A DNA stretch of 64,000 bases from Bdellovibrionales bacterium (lineage in GTDB: Bacteria > Bdellovibrionota > Bdellovibrionia > Bdellovibrionales > CAYMLA01). The DNA is taken from assembly GCA_965217115.1 (NCBI GenBank), contig OZ244239.1:1824001-1888000 (forward strand), given 5' to 3'. The translations under genes and the position numbers were made by a program. This document shows positions 10,089 to 20,418 of the stretch, in pieces; position 1 is the first letter of the stretch, and every line of letters starts with the position of its first letter. The notes beneath the pieces are model-generated. The model was not told where the DNA came from, searched no databases, and saw only the letters and a list, made by a program, of their open reading frames with translations.

Positions 10089-10699
10089 TGCCAATTCATA
10101 ATCCTGGAATAAAGTTTCGTCGTCATCGGTTATTAAGCAAGAGAAACTCTAAGCGAGAGATGGTAGCCTTATTGTCTTTAACGGCGATGGTAGATATGTT
10201 TACAGTTTTAGTGATATTTCTTTTACAAAATTATAAAACGGACAATGTGATTTTGCATATTCCAAAAGAAGTTGTTTTACCCGTGGCCTCATCAACAAAG
10301 GAGTTAAAGCCATCTCATGTGGTGACAATTTCTCCTGACGGTATATTGCTTGGTAAGGATAAAATAATTTCATTTTTAGATGTAAAAGAACAAAAAGATT
10401 GGATGATCACACCGTTGTTTTTGGCTTTGAAAAGAAATATAAATAGGAAGAAAATTGAGTTAAGGCTGGGCTTAAGAAGATCGTTGAGAGAAGCTGTGCG
10501 TGATGACAATCGTCAAAAGGGGAGTAAATCAACGGAAAAACCTACTAGTCCTGAGTGGAGTAAAGTCACTGTTCAGGCTAGCAAGGATGTGGATTTTTTA
10601 ACAGTGAAAAAAATTATGTTTACAATCACAGAGGCGGGAGCATCGGAGATTAATTTTGCTGTTAGGAAAAAGTCTGAAACGAATACTGAAGGTGGTTAG
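10088..10699 (+). CDS. aglS: ExbD/TolR family protein, AglS-like
   Basis: 'LTAMVDMFTVLVIFLL' TM with Asp. Second ExbD/TolR gene after the TolQ-like gene. Confidence 0.75.
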   Translation: MPIHNPGIKFRRHRLLSKRNSKREMVALLSLTAMVDMFTVLVIFLLQNYKTDNVILHIPKEVVLPVASSTKELKPSHVVTISPDGILLGKDKIISFLDVKEQKDWMITPLFLALKRNINRKKIELRLGLRRSLREAVRDDNRQKGSKSTEKPTSPEWSKVTVQASKDVDFLTVKKIMFTITEAGASEINFAVRKKSETNTEGG

Positions 10700-10754
10700 G
10701 AAATATTTTTTTTGTAATCATTTAGCTTGTTCATTTCTGTATTAGGATACAAAA

Positions 10755-11732
10755 ATGATGGTTCTTATAGTTAGATTTTTATTGCCAGCTCTTAGTGTTT
10801 TCGCTGTTATATATTTTTTCATATTACCTCAAGATTTAGAGAACAAAAGTTCTTTTGTAGAAAAAAGTGAAGATTCCAATACAGAGGAACAGCTCATACA
10901 GAAAGTCCACTTAATTGAAAGTAAGGGCCATCGTAAAATTTGGGAATTATGGGCGGACAGGGCTTACGAGTATAAGGGAAAAGACACATGGGAGTTGGAG
11001 GGTGTGCGAGCACACTTTTTATCTGAAGAGGGCGGGAGTTTTAGAGTTCGTGGGGAGAGGGGAACTGTTGAGATAGAGTCAAAAAATATGGGCATTTCAG
11101 GGAAGGTGGTTATTTTATCAGAAAATGGCTATCAGTTTTCAACGAAGGCGATAAAGTATGAGGCAAGTGTTGGGCAGTTATTGTCCTCTAGCAGTGTGCA
11201 AATGCGTGGCCCTGAAGATTCAAAGAAAAAGGGGATGCTCTTAACAGGAGATCAAATGATAATAACAGTTAAGAATAGCTTAATGAGAATCTTAAAAAAT
11301 GTAAAAGCAGAAAAGAGGGTCAATGATAAATACGAAGTCCGTATTAGAAGTCAAGAGGCTGAGTTTAGTGGAAAAGCTCATTCTGCAGATTTTTTTAAGA
11401 AGGTGATTATTAACATTGAGAAGACACGGCTTATGGGTGAGAGAGCCACCTTTAAATATGGTATATTATCAAAAAATACGGGAATAAAAGGCTTGAAATC
11501 GATTCTAGTTTCAGGTGGTGTAAAGGCTGTAGGAACTGATAAATTTGTGACGGCAGGTGAGTTGGATTTTTCTTTTGCAGAGAATAAATTCACTTTCACA
11601 GGTCAGCCTAAGGTTGTAAAAGACAATGATGAATTACGAGGGAATAAAATTATTTTTCTTGATGGTGGTAAGAAGATAAGAGTGTATAAGGCAAGAGCGC
11701 GGGTAGATCGTAAAGTGGGTAGGCAACAGTGA
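10755..11732 (+). CDS. lptC: LPS export protein, LptC-LptA-like fusion (tandem beta-jellyroll)
   Basis: N-terminal TM, LptC-like 'WELWADRA' region and C-terminal OstA-like 'FTGQPKV...LRGNKI'. Directly upstream of lptB. Confidence 0.7.
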   Translation: MMVLIVRFLLPALSVFAVIYFFILPQDLENKSSFVEKSEDSNTEEQLIQKVHLIESKGHRKIWELWADRAYEYKGKDTWELEGVRAHFLSEEGGSFRVRGERGTVEIESKNMGISGKVVILSENGYQFSTKAIKYEASVGQLLSSSSVQMRGPEDSKKKGMLLTGDQMIITVKNSLMRILKNVKAEKRVNDKYEVRIRSQEAEFSGKAHSADFFKKVIINIEKTRLMGERATFKYGILSKNTGIKGLKSILVSGGVKAVGTDKFVTAGELDFSFAENKFTFTGQPKVVKDNDELRGNKIIFLDGGKKIRVYKARARVDRKVGRQQ

Positions 11733-12451
11733 GTCAGTTAAAAATTGTTGAGATTAAAAAAAAGTACAAATCTAAGGAAGTGCTGAAGGGTGTCTCTCTA
11801 TCGGTGGAATCAGGGCAAGTGGTTGGTTTACTTGGGCCTAACGGAGCGGGTAAGACCACATGTTTTTATGGCGTGGTGGGGATTATCTCTTCTGATGAGG
11901 GTGAAATACTTATAGATGACCAGAGTGTAATTGATTTACCTGTCTATGAAAGGGCGCGTAATGGTCTGAGCTACTTACCTCAAGAGTCGAGTATTTTCCA
12001 TAAATTGACAGTGAGAGAGAATATTTTAGTGGCTTTAGAGGCAAATAAGGTTTCACTATTGCGTCGTGAATCAAAGTTGAAGCAATTATTACAGGACTTT
12101 CAAATTCAGGATATTGAAGACAATTATGGCTATAGCTTGTCTGGGGGGGAGAGACGTCGTGTGGAAATAGCTAGATCATTGGCTGGGTCTCCTAAGTTTT
12201 TATTGTTGGATGAACCTTTTGCAGGGATAGACCCTATCGCTGTGGGTGATATTCAGAGTATAATAAGAAAGTTGAAGGAGAAAAATATTGGAATCTTAAT
12301 TACAGATCATAACGTTCGTGAGACTTTGGGTATTTGTGATTATGCATATATTTTAAAAGATGGTAGAATTGAGGTAGAGGGGAGCCCAGAGCAGGTGGCG
12401 GAATCTGATGTGGCGCGTAAATTTTATTTAGGGGAAAACTTTAGTTTGTAG
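11729..12451 (+). CDS. lptB: LPS export ABC transporter ATP-binding protein
   Basis: [40 protein letters not shown] and [10 protein letters not shown] motifs. Confidence 0.97.
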   Translation: MSQLKIVEIKKKYKSKEVLKGVSLSVESGQVVGLLGPNGAGKTTCFYGVVGIISSDEGEILIDDQSVIDLPVYERARNGLSYLPQESSIFHKLTVRENILVALEANKVSLLRRESKLKQLLQDFQIQDIEDNYGYSLSGGERRRVEIARSLAGSPKFLLLDEPFAGIDPIAVGDIQSIIRKLKEKNIGILITDHNVRETLGICDYAYILKDGRIEVEGSPEQVAESDVARKFYLGENFSL

Positions 12452-12467
12452 GTATTAGGAACTTATT

Positions 12468-13910
12468 ATGGCTGGTTTAAAACAATCTTTATCTCTTAAA
12501 CAATCATTGCGTATGACACCGCAATTGCAGCAGGCGATTAAGCTGCTGCAATTGTCACGTATGGAATTGTCAGAGGCAGTTCTTAAGGAGTTAGAAGAAA
12601 ATCCTGTTCTAGAAGAAACCTTAGAAAAGAGTGAGGGCTTATCAGATAAGCAGGAGAATAATAGTGATGAAGGAGACACTTCACCCGATGTTCCAGATTC
12701 TATGGAAGGGACTGATCAGGACCCCCGTAAGCAGGATGAATTTGAGTGGGAGACTTATTTAGAGAGTAATTACAAGCCCCCTTCTTCGTCAGGAGGAGGT
12801 AGCGAAGAGATAATGAATTATGAAAATATTATCTCCAGTGAACAGACATTGAATGAACATTTGATGTGGCAAGTGAAGATGTCTGGCTTTAATGAAGAAG
12901 AGGAGTACTTGGCAGGGTTGCTTGTCTCTTATATTGATGATGATGGTTACTTAAAAAGCCCAATAACTCAAATCGCAGAGGAAGAGCAGATAGACCCAGA
13001 AGAGTTGGAGAGCATGGTTCCATTTATTCATGAGTTTGACCCTCCAGGGGTGGGGGCTAGAAATCTTAAAGAGTGTCTTTTGGTTCAGGCAAAGCATTTA
13101 GAAGAGGACACCCATGACCTTGTTTATTTACTTAAAAATCACCTAAAAGATTTGGAAAAGAAAAATTATCCAGCGATTGCCAAGGCGATGGAGGTGGCCG
13201 TTGAGGATGTTGTGGCTATGTGTCAGATCATTTACTCCATGGACCCTAAACCAGGTCGTCAGTTTGTAACTCATGATACACATTATGTAACCCCCGATGT
13301 GTATGTTTATAAGGTGGGAGATGAGTATGTGGTTTCTCTTAATGAGGATGGGCTTCCTCGGTTAAAAGTATCGAACTTTTACAAAAACATGCTTCAAGGT
13401 GAGGAGTCTAAGGGGGAGACGAAAGATTATATTCAAGAGAAATTAAAATCGGCAGTTTGGTTGATTAAGTCGATCCATCAGAGACAACGTACAATTTACA
13501 AAGTAACCGAGAGTATAGTAAAGAAGCAGAATGATTTTTTTGAAAAGGGTTCTGCTCACATTAAACCGATGATTTTACGTGATGTGGCCAGCGATATTGG
13601 TATGCATGAATCGACGGTGAGTCGAGTGACAACGGCGAAGTATGTTCATACTCCCCAGGGGATCTATGAATTAAAATACTTCTTTAATTCAGCAATTAGT
13701 AAAACAGATGGTGATTCTTTAGCGAGTGAATCTGTAAAATTAAAGATTAAGGATTTAATAGCCAAAGAAGACACTAAGCATCCATTGTCTGATCAGAAAA
13801 TTGTGGATTTGCTAAAAGAAGATGGGCTAAAAATTGCTCGTCGTACGGTGGCTAAGTATCGGGATGTTTTAAAAATACTCCCCTCTAGTAAGCGCAAAAG
13901 ATACCTCTAG
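12468..13910 (+). CDS. rpoN: RNA polymerase sigma-54 factor
   Basis: 'MTPQLQQAIKLLQL', 'HESTVSR' and RpoN box ARRTVAKYR. Confidence 0.98.
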   Translation: MAGLKQSLSLKQSLRMTPQLQQAIKLLQLSRMELSEAVLKELEENPVLEETLEKSEGLSDKQENNSDEGDTSPDVPDSMEGTDQDPRKQDEFEWETYLESNYKPPSSSGGGSEEIMNYENIISSEQTLNEHLMWQVKMSGFNEEEEYLAGLLVSYIDDDGYLKSPITQIAEEEQIDPEELESMVPFIHEFDPPGVGARNLKECLLVQAKHLEEDTHDLVYLLKNHLKDLEKKNYPAIAKAMEVAVEDVVAMCQIIYSMDPKPGRQFVTHDTHYVTPDVYVYKVGDEYVVSLNEDGLPRLKVSNFYKNMLQGEESKGETKDYIQEKLKSAVWLIKSIHQRQRTIYKVTESIVKKQNDFFEKGSAHIKPMILRDVASDIGMHESTVSRVTTAKYVHTPQGIYELKYFFNSAISKTDGDSLASESVKLKIKDLIAKEDTKHPLSDQKIVDLLKEDGLKIARRTVAKYRDVLKILPSSKRKRYL

Positions 13911-14129
13911 TGCGCAAGAAGAGTGACATCTTCTGAACTCTAAATGAAATTAATTAATGGGAATTCCTATGATGTGGTTCATAATGAGATATTTAATATG
14001 ATTTTAATTTTTTTTTAATGGACTGACATTTGAGCTGTTTTTTTTGAGTGTTTTGGGTGATTGGCCTATTCTTTTGTCTAGTTTCGACCGATAAGTTCAA
14101 CTGATAGAAACTTATATTAGGAGGGTTTT

Positions 14130-14474
14130 ATGGAAGTAAATATTCGGTTTAAAAATACGGATCACTGCGAGGTTGTCGCTGATTTTGTGAAGAGTAAGCT
14201 GAATAAACTAAAGCGTTTTGAATCGGAAAAACCACAAATTGTAGATGTTTGTTTCTTTCGCCGTAACCACTCTTATGCCGCGACGTTCCACTACAGTCAG
14301 GGTAAAATGATGTTGGATGCCCAGGCCTTGGGGGGAAGTTTTGCGATGGCTTCGGAGCAGGGAATTAAAAGGATTGTGTCTCAATTGCTCAAAAAGACAA
14401 AAATGTCAAAGTCTCATAAGAAGAAGAGAATCTCTAGTGATGTTCGAGCAAGGGAATTGAAGAAAACAGGATAG
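14130..14474 (+). CDS. hpf: Ribosome hibernation promoting factor (HPF/RaiA, S30AE family), divergent short form
   Basis: N-terminus 'MEVNIRFKNTD...FVKSKLNKLKRF', usual position after rpoN and AGGAGG SD. Confidence 0.65.
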   Translation: MEVNIRFKNTDHCEVVADFVKSKLNKLKRFESEKPQIVDVCFFRRNHSYAATFHYSQGKMMLDAQALGGSFAMASEQGIKRIVSQLLKKTKMSKSHKKKRISSDVRARELKKTG

Positions 14475-14559
14475 AGTTAATTAGTAGTAGGATATTTTGA
14501 CCTAGTGGCTCTGTTTTGCTAGAAAAGGCTTCTCATCTTTAATTTATGGAGCTTTTTTT

Positions 14560-15720
14560 ATGAATCAATTTCTTTTTACCAGTGAATCAGTTTCAGAAGG
14601 TCATCCTGATAAAATAGCGGATCAGATCAGTGATGCCGTTTTGGATGCAGCTTTAGCTGGGGATGAAAAAAGTCGAGTGGCCGCAGAGACGATGATAACG
14701 ACGGGTATGGCTATAGTTTCTGGTGAGATTACGACCAATGCCAAGGTTGATATTCAGGAGACTGTTCGTCGTGTGGTGAAAGATATTGGATATGACAGTA
14801 GTGAAAAGGGTTTTGATTATCAAACATGTGCAATCCTAGCTTCTATAGACAAGCAGAGTTCAGATATTGCGATGGGTGTGGATGACGGAATGAATAAAGA
14901 ACAAGGTGCCGGAGATCAAGGGTTGATGTTTGGTTATGCAACCAATGAGACTCAAGAGCAAATGCCTTTATCAATCTCTTTATCCCATGATTTAGTTAAG
15001 TTCATGGCTGAGCAAAGAAAAAAGGGTTCTCTAGATTTTTTGTGGCCAGATAGCAAAAGTCAGGTCACTGTTGAATATGAGGGCGATAAGCCTAAGCGTG
15101 TGGATACGGTGGTCGTCTCTTCTCAGCACAGTCCAGATGTTTCTCTAGAACAAATTCGCGAGGCGATTATTGAACAAGTGATTAAGAAGGTCATTCCTGA
15201 TTGTTGGGTTGATAGTAAGACAAAGTTTCATATTAATCCTACGGGAAGATTTGTGATTGGAGGTCCACAGGGTGATTGTGGCCTTACTGGTCGTAAAATT
15301 ATTGTGGACACCTACGGTGGACATGGGGCCCACGGTGGTGGGGCTTTTTCGGGAAAAGATGCTTCTAAGGTCGATCGTTCGGCAGCTTATGCGACAAGGC
15401 ATATTGCTAAAAATATTGTCGCCGCAGGTTTGGCTCAGAGATGTTTGGTGCAAGTGGCCTATGCCATTGGTGTTGCTGAGCCAGTGAGTATTAATGTGAA
15501 TCATTATGGAACTGGGCAAGTTGATGAAGCTGTTTTAGCAGAGGCCATTTCTGAGATATGGACGTTGAAGCCTGCAGATATCATCAGAGATTATGATTTA
15601 TTAAAACCTCGTTATAGAAAAACGGCGGCCTATGGTCATTTTGGTCGCAACGAGGAGGAATTCACTTGGGAAAAATTGGATAAAGTCGATGAGCTAAAAG
15701 ATGTTGTTAAAACTCTGTAG
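14560..15720 (+). CDS. metK: S-adenosylmethionine synthetase
   Basis: [19 protein letters not shown] and GGGAFSGKD motifs. Confidence 0.98.
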   Translation: MNQFLFTSESVSEGHPDKIADQISDAVLDAALAGDEKSRVAAETMITTGMAIVSGEITTNAKVDIQETVRRVVKDIGYDSSEKGFDYQTCAILASIDKQSSDIAMGVDDGMNKEQGAGDQGLMFGYATNETQEQMPLSISLSHDLVKFMAEQRKKGSLDFLWPDSKSQVTVEYEGDKPKRVDTVVVSSQHSPDVSLEQIREAIIEQVIKKVIPDCWVDSKTKFHINPTGRFVIGGPQGDCGLTGRKIIVDTYGGHGAHGGGAFSGKDASKVDRSAAYATRHIAKNIVAAGLAQRCLVQVAYAIGVAEPVSINVNHYGTGQVDEAVLAEAISEIWTLKPADIIRDYDLLKPRYRKTAAYGHFGRNEEEFTWEKLDKVDELKDVVKTL

Positions 15721-15725
15721 GATTT

Positions 15726-15750
15726 AGACTCTTCTCAAGGAGTCTTTTTT
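15726..15750 (+). terminator. Intrinsic terminator after metK
   Basis: AGACTC...GAGTCT stem followed by a T-run. Confidence 0.6.
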
Positions 15751-15887
15751 GTTATTATTTGAGAGACGGGCGTTGTGTTTCAAGTTATTGTCTTCGGTGA
15801 GTGTTCTTTTTGCCATAAAAAGGCCCTATTTTCCTGAAAGAGGCTTAAACATATTGCAGTATATGGCAGTTTAGGTTAGAAAGCTCT

Positions 15888-16106
15888 ATGCCTAAAAAAG
15901 TGATCACGACGATTTATATTACAGATGAACAACAGAAGCTGCTTAAAGAGCTCAATGGGCGGACGAAGGTGCCTATTGCCGAGTATATTCGCCAGGGAAT
16001 AGACCTTGTTTTGGGAAAGTACGGTGAACATTTACCAGGTCAGTTAGAGTTGGGGTTGTTGCCCGAGAACCAAGAAGACCCCTCAAAGAAAAAGGGACGG
16101 AACTGA
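15888..16106 (+). CDS. Ribbon-helix-helix DNA-binding protein (CdbA-like candidate)
   Basis: 'TTIYITDEQ...LKEL...TKVPIAEYIRQGIDLVL' fits the RHH pattern. Confidence 0.75.
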   Translation: MPKKVITTIYITDEQQKLLKELNGRTKVPIAEYIRQGIDLVLGKYGEHLPGQLELGLLPENQEDPSKKKGRN

Positions 16107-16109
16107 TAT

Positions 16110-17912
16110 ATGGAGCCTCGGTATATTCGTAACTTTTCTATTATTGCCCATATTGACCATGGGAAATCCACTTTAGCTGATGGTTTGATGAGCGCGTCGG
16201 GATCGTTGACGGCCCGTGAAGAGAAAGAGCAGTTTTTAGATAATATGGATATTGAACGGGAGCGTGGAATCACAATCAAGGCACAAACTGTGTGCTTAAA
16301 TTACGAGGCTGATGATGGTCACAGCTATTGTTTGAATTTGATAGACACTCCAGGGCATGTGGATTTTAGTTACGAGGTTTCCCGCTCTTTGAATGCTTGT
16401 GAGGGCGCTGTTCTTGTGGTGGATGCGGCTCAAGGTGTGGAGGCGCAGACTTTGGCCAATGTTTACTTGGCCCTTGAGAACGATTTGAAAATTATCCCTG
16501 TTCTCAATAAGATTGATCTTCCAGCGGCCGATCCTGAAGGGGTCAAGCAGCAGATAGAGGATGCGATTGGGCTTGATGCTTCAGATGCCGTGATGGCTAG
16601 TGCAAAGGAGAGAGTGGGAATTCGTGATATTCTGGAACGAGTGGTCAAAGATGTGCCCCCTCCTCAGGGAGATAGGACAGGGAAATTACGTGCATTGATT
16701 TTTGATTCTTGGTTTGATTCCTATCAAGGGGTTGTTATTCTTGTTCGTGTGGTGGACGGGATATTAAGCAAAGGAGACCGTATTCACTTTATGCAAGCTG
16801 GGACTGATTATGAAATTCTAAAGATGGGCGTGTATGCCCCTTTTCCTGATGAAAGAAAAACTTTGTCAGCTGGAGAAGTGGGTTTTGTCGTTTGTGGGAT
16901 CAAGGAAATTCGTGATGTGAATGTGGGAGACACGGTGACTCACTCTCACCCGAAAAAGGCCGATGAGCCTCTGACGGGTTTTCAAAAAATCAAACCCATG
17001 GTTTTCTCAGGTATCTTCCCCATTGAAGCACCTGATTACGAGGATCTCAAAGAGGCTTTAGGAAAATTATCACTCAATGATTCTAGTTTGAGTTTCGAAG
17101 TAGAGAGATCGGCAGCGTTGGGTTTTGGGCTTCGTTGTGGTTTTCTTGGTCTCTTGCATATGGAGATTGTACAAGAGAGGTTGGAGAGGGAATTTGGTTT
17201 AAATCTAATTACAACAGCTCCGACGGTGGTTTATAAAATAATTATGAATGATGGTCAGGAGAAGTTGATAGAGAACCCATCGGAGCTTCCAGATCCGACG
17301 CTGATTGATAAGATGTTTGAACCTTATGTGAAGATGATGATTCACGCTCCTTCGGATTACATTGGCGTTATTTTAAAACTCTGTGAAGAAAAGCGTGGGA
17401 TCCAGTTAAAAATGGAATATGTATCGGATAGTAAGGTGATTATAGAGTATAAATTACCTCTCAATGAGATGGTGATGGATTTCTATGACCGCTTGAAGTC
17501 TATATCTAAAGGGTATGCTTCTTTAGAGTATGAATTAATGGATTATGAAGAGTCTGACTTAGTTAAAATGGATATTTTAATCAATGGTGAACCTGTTGAT
17601 GCGCTATCGATCATTGCCCATCGTTCAAAGGCTCATCCCCGTGGTCGGGCTTTGACAAAGAAGATGAAAGAGTTAATTCCACGACAGCAATATCAAATTG
17701 CTTTGCAAGCGGCCATTGGTGGTAATATTATTTCCAGGGAAACGCTGGGAGCTCTGCGCAAGGATGTCACAGCAAAATGTTATGGGGGAGATATTTCCCG
17801 TAAGAGAAAACTTTTGGAAAAACAAAAAGCAGGAAAAAAGAGAATGAAGCAATTAGGAAAAGTCACAGTGCCACAGGAGGCTTTTTTGGCGGCATTGAGA
17901 ATAGATGAATAA
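16110..17912 (+). CDS. lepA: Elongation factor 4 (LepA)
   Basis: [21 protein letters not shown] and C-terminal '[18 protein letters not shown]'. Confidence 0.98.
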   Translation: MEPRYIRNFSIIAHIDHGKSTLADGLMSASGSLTAREEKEQFLDNMDIERERGITIKAQTVCLNYEADDGHSYCLNLIDTPGHVDFSYEVSRSLNACEGAVLVVDAAQGVEAQTLANVYLALENDLKIIPVLNKIDLPAADPEGVKQQIEDAIGLDASDAVMASAKERVGIRDILERVVKDVPPPQGDRTGKLRALIFDSWFDSYQGVVILVRVVDGILSKGDRIHFMQAGTDYEILKMGVYAPFPDERKTLSAGEVGFVVCGIKEIRDVNVGDTVTHSHPKKADEPLTGFQKIKPMVFSGIFPIEAPDYEDLKEALGKLSLNDSSLSFEVERSAALGFGLRCGFLGLLHMEIVQERLEREFGLNLITTAPTVVYKIIMNDGQEKLIENPSELPDPTLIDKMFEPYVKMMIHAPSDYIGVILKLCEEKRGIQLKMEYVSDSKVIIEYKLPLNEMVMDFYDRLKSISKGYASLEYELMDYEESDLVKMDILINGEPVDALSIIAHRSKAHPRGRALTKKMKELIPRQQYQIALQAAIGGNIISRETLGALRKDVTAKCYGGDISRKRKLLEKQKAGKKRMKQLGKVTVPQEAFLAALRIDE

Positions 17913-17944
17913 AAATATTTTAATTTAAATGGAGATGTTAAACA

Positions 17945-18721
17945 ATGAAAGATTTCTTAGGTATTAAAAGTTTATTAAAATTTAATGTTAAAGAAAAAGA
18001 GTTTTGGACAGATGGAAATGGGTCATTATTTTTAGCTGTGTTAGCAGCTTTATTTATTCGTTGGGCTTTTTTGGAAGCCTATGTGATCCCATCGGGGAGT
18101 ATGTTGCCATCGTTGTTAATCAACGATCATATTTTTGTGAATAAGGTCGTCTATGGTGTTCGAGTGCCTTTTAGTGAAAAGTGGTTGGTGAAATTCTCAG
18201 AGCCACAGAGAGGGGAGGTCATTGTGTTTAAGTACCCTCGGGATAAAAGCACGTTTTTTATTAAGCGTGTAGTGGGTCTTCCCGGGGACAAGATATTTTA
18301 CAACAAAGGTTCGATTTATGTGAACGGTCAAGAGGTGGAGAAATTTGAGCCTAAAACGGAGATGGATTTCTCTTGGTTAACAGAAAAAGATTTTTCTCGT
18401 TCAGGCTATTTTGACAGTAAGGGTAATTATACTTATTATCGAGAGAAGTTAGGAGACCATGAACATAGTGTCCTATTGCGTAAAGGAGATATTTACGACA
18501 AGTTTGGTCCAATCACAGTCCCAGAGGGAAATTTATTTGTGATGGGTGATAATCGTAATAACTCTAGTGACAGTCGAGTTTGGGGTTTTGTGCCTGATGA
18601 AAATATTTTGGGTCGTGCGATGTTTGTGTGGTTGAGTTGTAACGAAACTCTTCCAGTTGTTAATTTCCTCTGTAATCCGGCAACGACTCGTTGGAAAAGG
18701 TTCTTTCATTGGATTAATTAA
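17945..18721 (+). CDS. lepB: Signal peptidase I (copy 1)
   Basis: Catalytic Ser 'IPSGSMLP', Lys 'FIKRVVG' and 'GDNRNNSSDSR'. Confidence 0.95.
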   Translation: MKDFLGIKSLLKFNVKEKEFWTDGNGSLFLAVLAALFIRWAFLEAYVIPSGSMLPSLLINDHIFVNKVVYGVRVPFSEKWLVKFSEPQRGEVIVFKYPRDKSTFFIKRVVGLPGDKIFYNKGSIYVNGQEVEKFEPKTEMDFSWLTEKDFSRSGYFDSKGNYTYYREKLGDHEHSVLLRKGDIYDKFGPITVPEGNLFVMGDNRNNSSDSRVWGFVPDENILGRAMFVWLSCNETLPVVNFLCNPATTRWKRFFHWIN

Positions 18722-19461
18722 TGGGTAAAGATAAGAGAGGGACGTGGTGGCAGGCTTTTGGTGCTATTGCTCTGCCCTTATGTATTGTTCTGTCAGTGCG
18801 TTGGTGTTTGTTTGAGCCCTATGTAATTCCTTCGGAAAGCATGGTTCCAACGTTACTGAAAAATGATTTCATACTGGTAAACAAATGGATTTATGGTTTG
18901 AGATGGCCATTTACTCAGAAGTGGGTCTTTAATTGGCAGGCACCACAAGCCGGTGAAGTCGTGGTGTTTCGCTACCCTAAAGATCCAGACATTTTCTTTA
19001 TCAAGCGCGTGGTTGGAGTGCCTGGAGACAAGATATCTTATGAGAGAGATTCAATTTATGTAAATGATCAAGAGGTGGGAAAATTTAAGCCTGAGATGAA
19101 GATGAACTTTCCTTGGTTGCAGAAGAGTGAACCGTCCAATTTGAAACTTTTTGCGAATAGAAATAACTACATTCATTATCGAGAAAAATTACTAAATCGT
19201 GAGTATAGTGTGTTGGTTCGTAAAGGTGAGAGTCTTGATAAATTTGGGCCTGTCACAGTTCCAGAGGGAAATTTATTTGTGATGGGTGATAATCGTAATA
19301 ATTCGAGTGATAGTCGAGTTTGGGGCTTTGTTCCTATAAAGGCTTTGATTGGCCGTGCTGGGTTCATATGGTTGAGTTGTGGGGAGATTTTGCAGGGAAG
19401 TTCTCTCCTCTGTAATTGGAATACAATAAGGGGAAAACGTCTTTTTAAGAGGATTTTATAG
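18721..19461 (+). CDS. lepB: Signal peptidase I (copy 2)
   Basis: 'IPSESMVPTL', 'FIKRVVG' and 'GDNRNNSSDSR'. Confidence 0.93.
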   Translation: MGKDKRGTWWQAFGAIALPLCIVLSVRWCLFEPYVIPSESMVPTLLKNDFILVNKWIYGLRWPFTQKWVFNWQAPQAGEVVVFRYPKDPDIFFIKRVVGVPGDKISYERDSIYVNDQEVGKFKPEMKMNFPWLQKSEPSNLKLFANRNNYIHYREKLLNREYSVLVRKGESLDKFGPVTVPEGNLFVMGDNRNNSSDSRVWGFVPIKALIGRAGFIWLSCGEILQGSSLLCNWNTIRGKRLFKRIL

Positions 19462-19491
19462 GTTGCCTGAAGTGTGTCTTTCGATTAGGTT

Positions 19492-20418
19492 ATGTATTTA
19501 ATGTCCCATGAAAGCTCTGTTGTTTATTTTGAGGATTTGAAGAAGCTGGAGATTAGATCTCTGTTTCATCAAGCCTCCGAAATGCGTCGTCAGGATGAAG
19601 CTGGAAATAATATTACAGAGAACAGAAAAAAAGCATCCATTGCTTTAGTGTTTTTAGAAGCGAGCACAAGGACACAATGTAGTTTTGTGCAAGCAGCCCA
19701 TAAATTAGATTTTAAAACTGTTGTTTTGCAAGGAGATGCAAATTCTAGTTTGAGTAAGGGTGAGACTTTGGAAGACACAGTCTTGCAGCTGGCTTCAATG
19801 GCTGTAGATGGTTTGATCGTGAGAGCCCCTGGTGATTTTAAAATTGATGAAGTTTTGAGAAAAGTTTCCTGCCCTGTGATAAACGCAGGTTGGGGAAGTC
19901 ACAATCATCCGACCCAAGGGCTTTTGGATGCATTTACTATTTTTGATGAATTAGGTGAAATAAAGGGAAAGAAAATTCTTATTGTGGGAGATCTGAAACA
20001 CAGTCGTTGTGCTGTTTCACAGATGGAGATATTTCAACATTTAGGTGCTGACGTAGGTATCTCTTGCCCAGAAGAATTTTGTCCTGATGAAGAAAAAGTG
20101 TCCCACATTCAGCGACAGAGATTTTCAAACATGACTGAGGGGCTTGAGTGGGCAGATGTGGTGATCGCATTGCGTGTTCAGAGGGAGAGGCATGGCGGTG
20201 TTGATTGGAATTTGGAATCTTATCGTCAAAAATTTCAAATCTCTAAGGCGATGCTAAAAAATTTCAAACAAGAAGGTTTGATTATGGCTCCTGGGCCTGT
20301 GAATTGGGGAGTGGAGTTAAATTCAGATGTGCAAGAGGATGGGCGGAACCGTATTTTACGTCAGGTGTACAATGGTGTTTTTGTGAGAGCGGCACTTTTA
20401 GAAAGGTTGATAGGATGA
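19492..20418 (+). CDS. pyrB: Aspartate carbamoyltransferase catalytic subunit
   Basis: FLEASTRT, HPTQGLLD, GDLKHSR and RVQRER motifs. Confidence 0.92.
   Translation: MYLMSHESSVVYFEDLKKLEIRSLFHQASEMRRQDEAGNNITENRKKASIALVFLEASTRTQCSFVQAAHKLDFKTVVLQGDANSSLSKGETLEDTVLQLASMAVDGLIVRAPGDFKIDEVLRKVSCPVINAGWGSHNHPTQGLLDAFTIFDELGEIKGKKILIVGDLKHSRCAVSQMEIFQHLGADVGISCPEEFCPDEEKVSHIQRQRFSNMTEGLEWADVVIALRVQRERHGGVDWNLESYRQKFQISKAMLKNFKQEGLIMAPGPVNWGVELNSDVQEDGRNRILRQVYNGVFVRAALLERLIG

Noticed and set aside
14506..14520. Sigma-54 promoter TGGC...TTGC upstream of metK
   Set aside because: The GG-to-GC spacing is one base short of the strict -24/-12 requirement.
20304..20414. N-terminal extension of CarA in the ORF track
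   Set aside because: It overlaps pyrB. The family N-terminus begins at ATG 20415.
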